A stretch of 13,879 nt of DNA, taken from assembly GCA_934660865.1 (NCBI GenBank), contig CAKUIA010000026.1:1-13879 (forward strand), written 5' to 3'. The position numbers and the translations under genes are program-made. The notes beneath the pieces are model-generated. The model was not told the DNA's origin. It ran no database searches and saw nothing but the letters and a program-made list of their open reading frames with translations. The stretch comes from an uncultured Opitutales bacterium. GTDB taxonomy: Bacteria; Verrucomicrobiota; Verrucomicrobiia; Opitutales; Intestinicryptomonadaceae. This document shows, piece after piece, positions 5,542-12,032 of this stretch. Positions within the stretch are counted from its first letter, which is position 1. Each line of letters opens with the position of its first letter.

Positions 5542-8532
5542 TTATTTTCCGCCCAGCTTGGATATGCGTTTTTCAAGCTCTAGCGCTCTTTCTGAGCCTG
5601 CGCCGAAATTTTTTACGATTATCGGAAGCGCCGCCTTGCAATATTGCCCGGCCGATTTAAAATCGCCGCCCTTTTCTAAAATGTCGGCTAAAATCAGGCA
5701 GTTTTCGGCTATTAAAACGTGGTTTGCATGCAGCATTTTCATTCGTATGTCCAAAGCTTTTTTGTAGGCGTCTACGGCTTCGGCCATTTTCCCGCTCTCC
5801 GAATATGCGTCGCCTATATTGCACAGTGTAAAGGCTATGTCGGGGTTTGCAGTCCCGAACATTTCGGTTTGTATTTTAAGCGCCTTTTCGAAAAACTCCA
5901 TTGCCTGCAAAGCTTTTCCCGTTCGCAGCAAAACGGCTCCCCTATTGTTGTATGCCAGCGCAACGCTCGGGTGGTTTTCGCCGAGCGTTTGTTTAAGGAT
6001 TTCAAGCGCGCGCACGCAATAGCGCTCGGCCTGCTCGGGTTTGCCCATCTTAAGATACGCCGAAGAAATGTTGCCGCATGCTATTGCAACATCTGAATGG
6101 GTTTTGCCCAAAGACTTTTCCTGAATTGCCAGGGCCCTTTTGTAGTAGTCTACCGCGGCTTTGTAGTTTTTTTCCAGCTCCATTACCAAGCCCAAATTGT
6201 TTAGCGAGCGCGCCAAAAGCGGGTGCGACATTCCCAAATTTTTCCTTCTTGCCTCGTAGGCTATTTGGTTGTGGTGCCTGCAGTTTTTCGAATCGGTAAG
6301 GTGGTAGTAAACGCTGCCCAAATTGCTGTGCGTAATGGCGGTTATTGTGTGGCTTTCCCCGAAAATCCTTTCCTGAATTGCCAGGGCTTTTTGGTATTCT
6401 TCGGCGGCTTTTTGATATTCGCCGCGGCGAAAGTAAAGGCTGCCTATGTTGTTTAGCGTGCGCGCTTTGTCGGCAAGGCCTGCGTCGCCGAATTTTTCCT
6501 CTATAGACAGCGCCTCCGAATAGCTTTTAAACGCCGAGCGCCACTTGCTTTGCCTGTTGTATACCCCGCCAATATCGTCGTGCGAGCGCGCGGTTTCAAG
6601 GTGCAAATTGCCGTAAAATTTAAGGCGTATTTCAAGCGCCTTTTGGTAGGCTGCAATGGCTGCTGCAAAATTTTCGTTTTCAAGGTTTGCGTCGCCTATA
6701 TTCGAGTATGTAACCGCCAAATCGGGGTGGCCGTCTTTGTGTATTGCCTGTTGTATTTTAAGGGCCAAATCGAAACATTCCAAAGCTTTTGCATATTCTG
6801 CAAGCTTTATGTACACGCAACCGATGTTGTTTTCAAGCCTTGCAATGTCGGGGTGCTTTGCGCCGAATGCCGCGGTTTCCAACTTTATTGCCTTTTGGTA
6901 GCTTTCAAGCGAGCTTTTATATTCGCCCATATGCTCAAGCACGGTGCCCATATTATTCAGTGTAAGCGCAATGTCGGGGTGGTTTTCGGGCAGATATTTT
7001 TCCTGAATGTCAAGCGCCTTAAAATGGTATTTTTTGGCGGCGGCAAAGTCGCCCAGTTTGTCGAGCTGAACGCCTATATTGTTTAGCGTTCTTGCAAGTT
7101 CCGATTTTTTTGTTTCGGGGTTTTGCCTTTGTATTTTCTCGGCTTTTTCCATCAGCCTTGCCGCGGTTTTGTAGTGGCCCATTGCGCTTTCCGACAAAGC
7201 TATGTTCGAATACGATATTGCAACCGCAGGGTGCAAAGCTCCCAAAATTTTCGCCTGCAAATCTAGCGCTTCTTTGTAGAAATTTACGGCAAGTTCGTAT
7301 TCGCCCCTGTTAAAGCAGACAAGCCCCATATTGTTTAAAATGCCCGCCCGCGAAAGCGCGTCTTCGTCGGAATTGCCGCTGTAGCAGTCCATAGCCTTTT
7401 GTATAAGCCGCTTTGCCTTGTCGTATTCGCCGTACGAATTGAAAATTGCGCCTATTGTGCGGTAGACGGTTGCGCGCACTTTGGGGTGTTTAATCTTGTC
7501 GATATCGGCCAACGCCGCCGACATAGCCTCGAGCACGGTTGTATTTTTGTTGCCCTTTTGAGACGGGTCGCTCGACATTAAAATATCGCGCAGAAAGTCG
7601 AAAGTTTGCGAGGTTTGCTTTGATTGGTCTACCGCCCTTGCCTCCGAAATTCTGGCCTGTTTTTCCGATTCTACCGCGCGTTTTTCCGACGCGCGGGCGG
7701 CGGCTTCGGAAGCGCGCGCTACAGCCTCCGACTTCTTTGCAAGCTTTTCCGACTCTATTGCCCTTGCCTCCGAAACGCGCGCAATTTTCTCCGATTCTAT
7801 TGCGTGCTTTTCGGATATCCTGGCGGCGGCTTCCGACTTTACGGCCTTCGCCTCCGAAATTTTGGCTGCGGCCTCCGAAACGCTTGCCTTGTGCTCGGCG
7901 TGCAACGCCCACATTGTAAGAACGGCAAAGCCCGCAACCGCGCTAAACGCGTAAAAGAGTATTATCTGCAAAATTCTGCGTTTTTCGCGCTGAAAACGGT
8001 TCGATATTTTTGCGCGCGAAACTTTCAGCATATACGATACAACCTGCACAAAGCCGTTTTCCCAACCCTGCTTTTGGGTTTCGTCGTCGGACTTGCGCAT
8101 GTCGGGCAGGTTGCGCGATTTTATGTCTTCGCCGTATTCGGCAAGCGCGGGGCAAAGAACGGTGTCGATATTGTCGCCCTCCAAAAATACGGGAATAACG
8201 CGCGAAATATCGTTGTTGTGGGTTTTAAGGAAATATTTTATTTCCTCGTTGCACCATTTAGACGCCGCAAAATTCTTCGAGCACAGCGCAATAACGTAGC
8301 GCGATTCGCCAAGCGAGCGCTCTATCTCCTTCTTAAAACTTTCGTCGGTAGACTCAAGTTCGTTTTTGTCGAGAAATATATTGCGAATGTATACGGGGTG
8401 CCACGGCCTGTTTTCGGGCAAAACAAGTTTTGCGGGGTAGCGGAATTTTTCGATTTGCCTTTGCAGCCACGCAGCGGCGGTCTTGTCGCGGCGCGAGTAG
8501 CTTATAAACGCATAGTATTTTGTTTGCGCCAT
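5542..8532 (-). CDS. TIR domain - single TM helix - heptad coiled coil - 15x TPR protein (996 aa)
   Basis: N-terminus YYAFISYSRRDKTAAAWL ... LDKNEL ... VIALCSKNFAASKWCNEEIKYF ... VIPVFLEG reads as a TIR_2-type domain. One 24-aa hydrophobic segment (ILQIILFYAFSAVAGFAVLTMWAL) follows, then 12 SExxAxx heptads and 15 tandem 42-aa kinesin-light-chain-type TPR units (consensus ..LNNIG.VY...GEY..A...Y.KAL.IQEK..G..HPD.A). No Walker A (GxxxxGK[ST]) or NB-ARC-like region is visible anywhere. Confidence 0.9.
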   Translation of the reverse strand: MAQTKYYAFISYSRRDKTAAAWLQRQIEKFRYPAKLVLPENRPWHPVYIRNIFLDKNELESTDESFKKEIERSLGESRYVIALCSKNFAASKWCNEEIKYFLKTHNNDISRVIPVFLEGDNIDTVLCPALAEYGEDIKSRNLPDMRKSDDETQKQGWENGFVQVVSYMLKVSRAKISNRFQREKRRILQIILFYAFSAVAGFAVLTMWALHAEHKASVSEAAAKISEAKAVKSEAAARISEKHAIESEKIARVSEARAIESEKLAKKSEAVARASEAAARASEKRAVESEKQARISEARAVDQSKQTSQTFDFLRDILMSSDPSQKGNKNTTVLEAMSAALADIDKIKHPKVRATVYRTIGAIFNSYGEYDKAKRLIQKAMDCYSGNSDEDALSRAGILNNMGLVCFNRGEYELAVNFYKEALDLQAKILGALHPAVAISYSNIALSESAMGHYKTAARLMEKAEKIQRQNPETKKSELARTLNNIGVQLDKLGDFAAAKKYHFKALDIQEKYLPENHPDIALTLNNMGTVLEHMGEYKSSLESYQKAIKLETAAFGAKHPDIARLENNIGCVYIKLAEYAKALECFDLALKIQQAIHKDGHPDLAVTYSNIGDANLENENFAAAIAAYQKALEIRLKFYGNLHLETARSHDDIGGVYNRQSKWRSAFKSYSEALSIEEKFGDAGLADKARTLNNIGSLYFRRGEYQKAAEEYQKALAIQERIFGESHTITAITHSNLGSVYYHLTDSKNCRHHNQIAYEARRKNLGMSHPLLARSLNNLGLVMELEKNYKAAVDYYKRALAIQEKSLGKTHSDVAIACGNISSAYLKMGKPEQAERYCVRALEILKQTLGENHPSVALAYNNRGAVLLRTGKALQAMEFFEKALKIQTEMFGTANPDIAFTLCNIGDAYSESGKMAEAVDAYKKALDIRMKMLHANHVLIAENCLILADILEKGGDFKSAGQYCKAALPIIVKNFGAGSERALELEKRISKLGGK
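5584..7476 (-). repeat. Array of 15 x 42-aa TPR units (KLC / TPR_12-like), aa ~353-983
   Basis: I could lay out 15 consecutive 42-residue units by eye. Each ends in ...HP(D/S/A)(I/V/L)A or a variant and restarts with (R/L/I)(T/S)(L/Y)(N/S)N(I/M/L)G. The copies are diverged at DNA level. Confidence 0.85.
7627..7878 (-). repeat. 12 tandem 21-nt / 7-aa repeats (SExxAxx) encoding a predicted coiled-coil stalk
   Basis: Protein reads SEAAAKI SEAKAVK SEAAARI SEKHAIE SEKIARV SEARAIE SEKLAKK SEAVARA SEAAARA SEKRAVE SEKQARI SEARAVD. The DNA shows ctccga/ttccga/ttcgga recurring every 21 nt. The periodicity also generates the long stop-free alternative-frame ORFs in the track. Confidence 0.9.
7903..7974 (-). 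other. Predicted transmembrane helix (aa 187-210)
   Basis: 24 consecutive hydrophobic or small residues, ILQIILFYAFSAVAGFAVLTMWAL. The 15 residues before it (SRAKISNRFQREKRR) carry 7 K/R; the 15 after it (HAEHKASVSEAAAKI) carry 2. By the positive-inside rule the N-terminal TIR is cytoplasmic. No prediction program was run. Confidence 0.7.
8128..8520 (-). other. TIR domain (aa ~5-135) of the 996-aa protein
   Basis: The FISYSRRD beta-A/AA-loop motif, the SKWCNEEI motif (equivalent to the plant and bacterial SxWCxxEL motif carrying the NADase glutamate; E97 codon at 8242-8244) and the VIPVFL strand. Domain ends are approximate. Confidence 0.8.
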
Positions 8533-8533
8533 G

Positions 8534-11500
8534 CTATTTGCGGTGTCTTAAAAACGCAGCCGCAAGCAACGCGGCAAAGGCCAAAATTGCCGCAGTTTCG
8601 GCGGGTTCGGGAACAACGGTACTAAACCTTATTTCAAGCGAGTTTTCCTCCAAATAAAAATCCCATTGGCCGGTATACGGCTTGTCGTTAAGGCAAAGGG
8701 TTATGTTAAAGTCCTTCTCCAAATCGGCAAGCGACGCCATATTGCAATCGTCTGTCCATTCCATAATGGTAAAGCCGAATTCCGATTGCGGAAGCTGCGT
8801 GATGTCTACTATAATATAGCCGCCGTCGAGAACAAACGAAGCCCCCTCGGAAAACGAAATGGGAACAATGCCGCTGTCGGGATTTACTACAATGTGAATG
8901 CCGCCGTTTTCGGAAAGCGTAAGCGATTTTCCGTTTAGAACTTCAAGTTGCGCGTCTTCCAAAAGCTTTAGCTTGGCGTTGGATACCACTGCATTGTCGT
9001 AGTATATTTTTGCCGAAACGGCGCTTTGCCCCGCTTTTGGCCTGTGTGCAATTATGTCTATGGAAGTTGCCGAATTTGAAGCCGAAAAATTGCGTATCCT
9101 GCCGTCGGCATACAACACGTTTGTAAGCGAAGAAGCAGTGTCTACGCAGTAGTCCGAAACATTCGACCCCCTAAAATCCACCCTCTCTAAAATTGCTCCG
9201 TTAAAGACCATTCCTTTTGTATCGCTTACATCTTTCGAGTTTTCGATAACCTTAACCGACACATTTTGAAAGTTTACGTTTTTTAGAGTTGTTCTTTGTC
9301 CATAATAATCATCAGGATCACAATAAAACCCCTTTGCGCCGCCCGAAACACCCGTAGAAATTGCGGTAAAACTTGCTCCGCTAAAATCTACATTGCTAAT
9401 AATAGCTACCGAATCTACGTAAAAGCCAGTGGCCCATGACATATCTTGCGATTCAGAAGTTGCATAAAATGTAGCGTTTCTAAAATCCGTATTTGTTATG
9501 TTTCTACCAGAATAAAATGCGCTACTTTGAGCAAGGTAGTCTTTACCAACCGCGCTTGTTTTAAATACTGCCCCGCTAAAATCGCAATCGGTTATGTCTT
9601 TTCTTCTCATCAAAAAGCCAATACTTTGTGCATGGTAGTTAGAATTTGATGTTGCTGTAAATTCAGCATTTGCAAAATTAGAATTGATTATACTTTCGTC
9701 CGAATAAAAACCGTATGCACCTGCGGCATAAAAATTAGTTCCCGAAGTTTCATTGGAACTTACATTTATTTTTGCCCCTACAAACGATGCGTTTACTATA
9801 TCGTTTCCCACAACGCTAAGTCCGTATGAATATGCCCCGTTCTTTGCATTTGTTTCGGTATAAATTTCAACACCGTCGGCCAAAATTATGCCGTCGCCGC
9901 TTTTGTTCGACAAATCAATACCGTATGCATCTGCCGAACCGTTTGAATTTTCGGCCGAAGTATATATTTTTGCATTGTTTGCGCAAAAGGCATAACCGCT
10001 TTTAGAACCGTTGTTTAGTTGCGTATCGGCAAGGTTTATGCCGCGCGAAATAATGTCGCCGCTGCCCAAGCCGTTAGAGGCGCTAACTTCTATAACAGTG
10101 TTGCCAAAGTTTACATTTTCCAGCGTAGAGCCGCCGAAATTTGCGCCAATAAACACCGTAGGGTCTGCCGAAGTAGAATCGTTTACGCCGCTTGCAATAA
10201 CGCTAGAGCCGCTAAAGTCGGCATTGGTAAGCTTGCCCTTATACATTGTAATTGCGCAAGACTGCGTTTGCTTGTCGTAGCTGTTTAAAGCCGAAGTGTT
10301 GTCGGAAACAAAAGTTGCATTTTTTGCCGACAGGTTTTTTATGTCGGCACCGGCCATAGCCAAAGCGTAGGCTTCGTTTTCGGCCTGCGAATACACGCTT
10401 GCATTGTCCAGCGTTATGCCGTTTATATTCGAGCGCGAAAGAAACAACCCTATAGACGTAGCGCCCTGCGTTTTGGAAATTTGCGAGCCTGCAAGGTTTA
10501 AATTGCCAACATTTGCGCCCTCGGCAAAACCCAACGCAAATATGCCGTTTTTATCGGCAACGCTGGCCGAAACTTTTTGCGCATTCATATCCGAAACGGT
10601 TTTGCCGTTAAAATTCCAGCCGCTAACGTCCAGCCCCGAAATATTCAACCCGCGTATTGTGCCGTCGCCATAGTCGCGAGTAGAATAGAATTGCTCTTTC
10701 GTTAAATTCGAACCCGCAAAGTTTGCCCCCGACACTGCAAGACCGTTTAAGTCGGCACCTTTCAAATTTGCGCCGCCAAAATTTGCGTTTGTTGCATCGG
10801 CATTGGCAAGTATTGCGTTGGTAAAATCCGCGTAAGAGGCGTTTGTGTTTTTAAGATTGGCGTTTGTCAGGTTTGCCGAGTTAAAATCGGTTTTGTCTAG
10901 TTGCGAATTTTCGAAGTTTGTGCCTACGGCTTTTGTGCTGCGAAATTTTACACCCGAAAATGTTTTGTCGGACAAATCCTGCCCGCTTATGTCTTTGCCG
11001 CTGTAGTCTAAAGTTGTTTCTTCGGTGATAATTATTGTGTTGTCGGGCAGTTGCGCCCCGTCAGAATCGCCGCCTGCGCCAGCAGAATTGGAACCGCCCG
11101 CCGAGGCCTCCTGTCCCCCGGATTTATTGTCGGCAGAAGTGTCGGTGTTTTTAGCCACATCGTTTGCAGATACATTTGAATCGGATTTTACCGTGCTAGA
11201 CGATGTGGTTTTGCCAGTCGAATCCTTTTCGGTGGTAGTTGTAGTAGAAGTTCCGTCGGGATTGTTTACATAGTCGGTCTTTTTTGTGCTGCCGTCGGAA
11301 CGCGTGTCGGTTATCGAAGCCTCTTTAAGCGTAGTTTCCACTTTTTCGGAGGGCAGCTGCGAAACGTCTTTGCCGCCTATTGTACCCGAAGACGAACCGT
11401 CTTTTACAACCAAGTCAACTTTCGATGTATTGCCCGAGTCGCCGCTTCCAGTTTTAGTTTCGCCCGAAACGCTCGTAGTTCCGTCGGGGTTTGCCTTTAT

Positions 11501-11989
11501 AACAAGGTCGGCCTCTACGGTTTTGTCGTCGCCGGTAAATTTAATCGAAACGGTTGTATTGTCTTCCTTGTCTACCGAAGAAACTACGTCCAAAATTACG
11601 TCGCCTTCGGCGCCGTCGGCGTCGCCCACACCGTCGGCAAGAACTTTAGAAACCGCGTCTAAAACGTCTTTGTTGCCCGAGTCGCCCAAAGAGTCTCCCA
11701 AAGCCGAAACCAAAGCGTCGGCCTGCTTTGCCATAGAGCCCGTGTCGCCCTCAAGCGGCGGCGTTAAAACCAGTTGCGCGTCCGACGATTTTGCGGATTT
11801 GCCCAATTTTACGCGTACGCGGCCGTATTTTGTATCGAAAGAATAGTCGCACGACTGCAACACAATTTCCTCTCCCGAAAATTTCGCCAAAAGATTTATT
11901 GCGCCCGCCTGAACGTCGGCCTGGGCAAAAAGCCCGCAGCCCGTAAACAACATTGCAAACAGCGTTATCGAAAAAAATATTTTTTTCAT
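8534..11989 (-). CDS. Large exported PEP-CTERM protein with pentapeptide repeats and a beta-helix-like repeat array (~1151 aa from the ATG at 11989)
   Basis: The ORF is open from 12073, but Met29 (ATG at 11989) starts a classic signal peptide, MKKIFFSITLFAMLFTGCGLFAQA|D. Using it removes a 41-nt overlap with the upstream gene. The C-terminus VVPEPAETAAILAFAALLAAAFLRHRK has the PEP motif, a hydrophobic helix and a basic tail, which is the PEP-CTERM architecture. Internal pentapeptide repeats and a long degenerate repeat region are listed separately. Confidence 0.85.
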   Translation of the reverse strand: MKKIFFSITLFAMLFTGCGLFAQADVQAGAINLLAKFSGEEIVLQSCDYSFDTKYGRVRVKLGKSAKSSDAQLVLTPPLEGDTGSMAKQADALVSALGDSLGDSGNKDVLDAVSKVLADGVGDADGAEGDVILDVVSSVDKEDNTTVSIKFTGDDKTVEADLVIKANPDGTTSVSGETKTGSGDSGNTSKVDLVVKDGSSSGTIGGKDVSQLPSEKVETTLKEASITDTRSDGSTKKTDYVNNPDGTSTTTTTEKDSTGKTTSSSTVKSDSNVSANDVAKNTDTSADNKSGGQEASAGGSNSAGAGGDSDGAQLPDNTIIITEETTLDYSGKDISGQDLSDKTFSGVKFRSTKAVGTNFENSQLDKTDFNSANLTNANLKNTNASYADFTNAILANADATNANFGGANLKGADLNGLAVSGANFAGSNLTKEQFYSTRDYGDGTIRGLNISGLDVSGWNFNGKTVSDMNAQKVSASVADKNGIFALGFAEGANVGNLNLAGSQISKTQGATSIGLFLSRSNINGITLDNASVYSQAENEAYALAMAGADIKNLSAKNATFVSDNTSALNSYDKQTQSCAITMYKGKLTNADFSGSSVIASGVNDSTSADPTVFIGANFGGSTLENVNFGNTVIEVSASNGLGSGDIISRGINLADTQLNNGSKSGYAFCANNAKIYTSAENSNGSADAYGIDLSNKSGDGIILADGVEIYTETNAKNGAYSYGLSVVGNDIVNASFVGAKINVSSNETSGTNFYAAGAYGFYSDESIINSNFANAEFTATSNSNYHAQSIGFLMRRKDITDCDFSGAVFKTSAVGKDYLAQSSAFYSGRNITNTDFRNATFYATSESQDMSWATGFYVDSVAIISNVDFSGASFTAISTGVSGGAKGFYCDPDDYYGQRTTLKNVNFQNVSVKVIENSKDVSDTKGMVFNGAILERVDFRGSNVSDYCVDTASSLTNVLYADGRIRNFSASNSATSIDIIAHRPKAGQSAVSAKIYYDNAVVSNAKLKLLEDAQLEVLNGKSLTLSENGGIHIVVNPDSGIVPISFSEGASFVLDGGYIIVDITQLPQSEFGFTIMEWTDDCNMASLADLEKDFNITLCLNDKPYTGQWDFYLEENSLEIRFSTVVPEPAETAAILAFAALLAAAFLRHRK
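8537..8617 (-). other. PEP-CTERM sorting signal
   Basis: V-P-E-P (codons at 8603-8614), then AETAAILAFAALLAAAFL (hydrophobic) and RHRK (basic) directly before the stop at 8534-8536. Confidence 0.85.
9149..10441 (-). repeat. About 12 degenerate ~32-aa repeats of an unrecognised type (I-x-N-x-D/N-F-x-x-A-x-F-x-x-x-S ... A-x-G-F-Y)
   Basis: Clearest copies: IINSNFANAEFTATSNSNYHAQSIGFLMRRKD / ITDCDFSGAVFKTSAVGKDYLAQSSAFYSGRN / ITNTDFRNATFYATSESQDMSWATGFYVDSVA / IISNVDFSGASFTAISTGVSGGAKGFY... / LKNVNFQNVSVKVIENSKDVSDTKGMVFNGA / ILERVDFRGSNV. Earlier copies are more degenerate and the boundaries are approximate. Confidence 0.65.
10688..11002 (-). repeat. Canonical pentapeptide-repeat block (A[D/N]LxX type), ~20 pentads
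   Basis: GKDISGQDLSDKTFSGVKFRSTKAVGTNFENSQLDKTDFNSANLTNANLKNTNASYADFTNAILANADATNANFGGANLKGADLNGLAVSGANFAGSNLTKEQF shows 5-residue periodicity with central L/F and A/N/D/S at i-2. Confidence 0.85.
11054..11491 (-). other. Low-complexity S/T/D/G/K-rich linker (long-ORF aa ~195-340)
   Basis: Runs such as NPDGTTSVSGETKTGSGDSGNTSK, NPDGTSTTTTTEKDSTGKTTSSSTVKSDSN and GGQEASAGGSNSAGAGGDSDG. NPDGT(T/S) occurs twice. Likely a disordered or glycosylatable spacer. Confidence 0.7.
11918..11989 (-). other. Signal peptide (Sec/SPI AQA|D site; an alternative lipobox-like FTG|C lies upstream)
   Basis: MKK n-region, hydrophobic core IFFSITLFAMLF, then both FTGC (lipobox-like, with F at -3) and AQA|D (AxA signal peptidase I site). 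Which site is used cannot be decided from sequence. Confidence 0.7.
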
Positions 11990-12032
11990 ACGGTTTCTAT
12001 CTATAAAGCTTTTTTCGGGTAATAATGCCGAG

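Noticed and set aside
7627-7878. 21-nt periodic tract as a CRISPR-like or intergenic tandem repeat
   Set aside because: It is in frame within the 996-aa CDS and has no spacer/repeat alternation. It encodes a regular heptad motif, so it is a coding repeat.
5542-8532. Possibility that the TIR-TPR protein is a TIR-STAND (NB-ARC/NACHT) immune NTPase
   Set aside because: I looked for Walker A (GxxxxGK[ST]) and Walker B-like motifs between the TIR and the TPRs. I found only a TM helix and heptads there. The GK[ST]-like strings (LGKTH, SGKMA) lie inside TPR units and lack the P-loop context.
7490-8625. Long alternative-frame ORFs over the TIR-TPR gene (7490-7912 -, 7539-7919 +, 7624-8625 + of 333 aa)
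   Set aside because: They are produced by the stop-free 21-nt periodic tract and its flanks. The translations are repetitive R/G/K/F/P strings with no domain signatures. The 996-aa frame carries clear TIR, TM and TPR signatures throughout.
10688-11002. Pentapeptide block as a Qnr/MfpA-like DNA-mimic (gyrase-protection) function
   Set aside because: The protein has an N-terminal signal peptide and a C-terminal PEP-CTERM anchor, so it should not be in the cytoplasm with DNA or gyrase.
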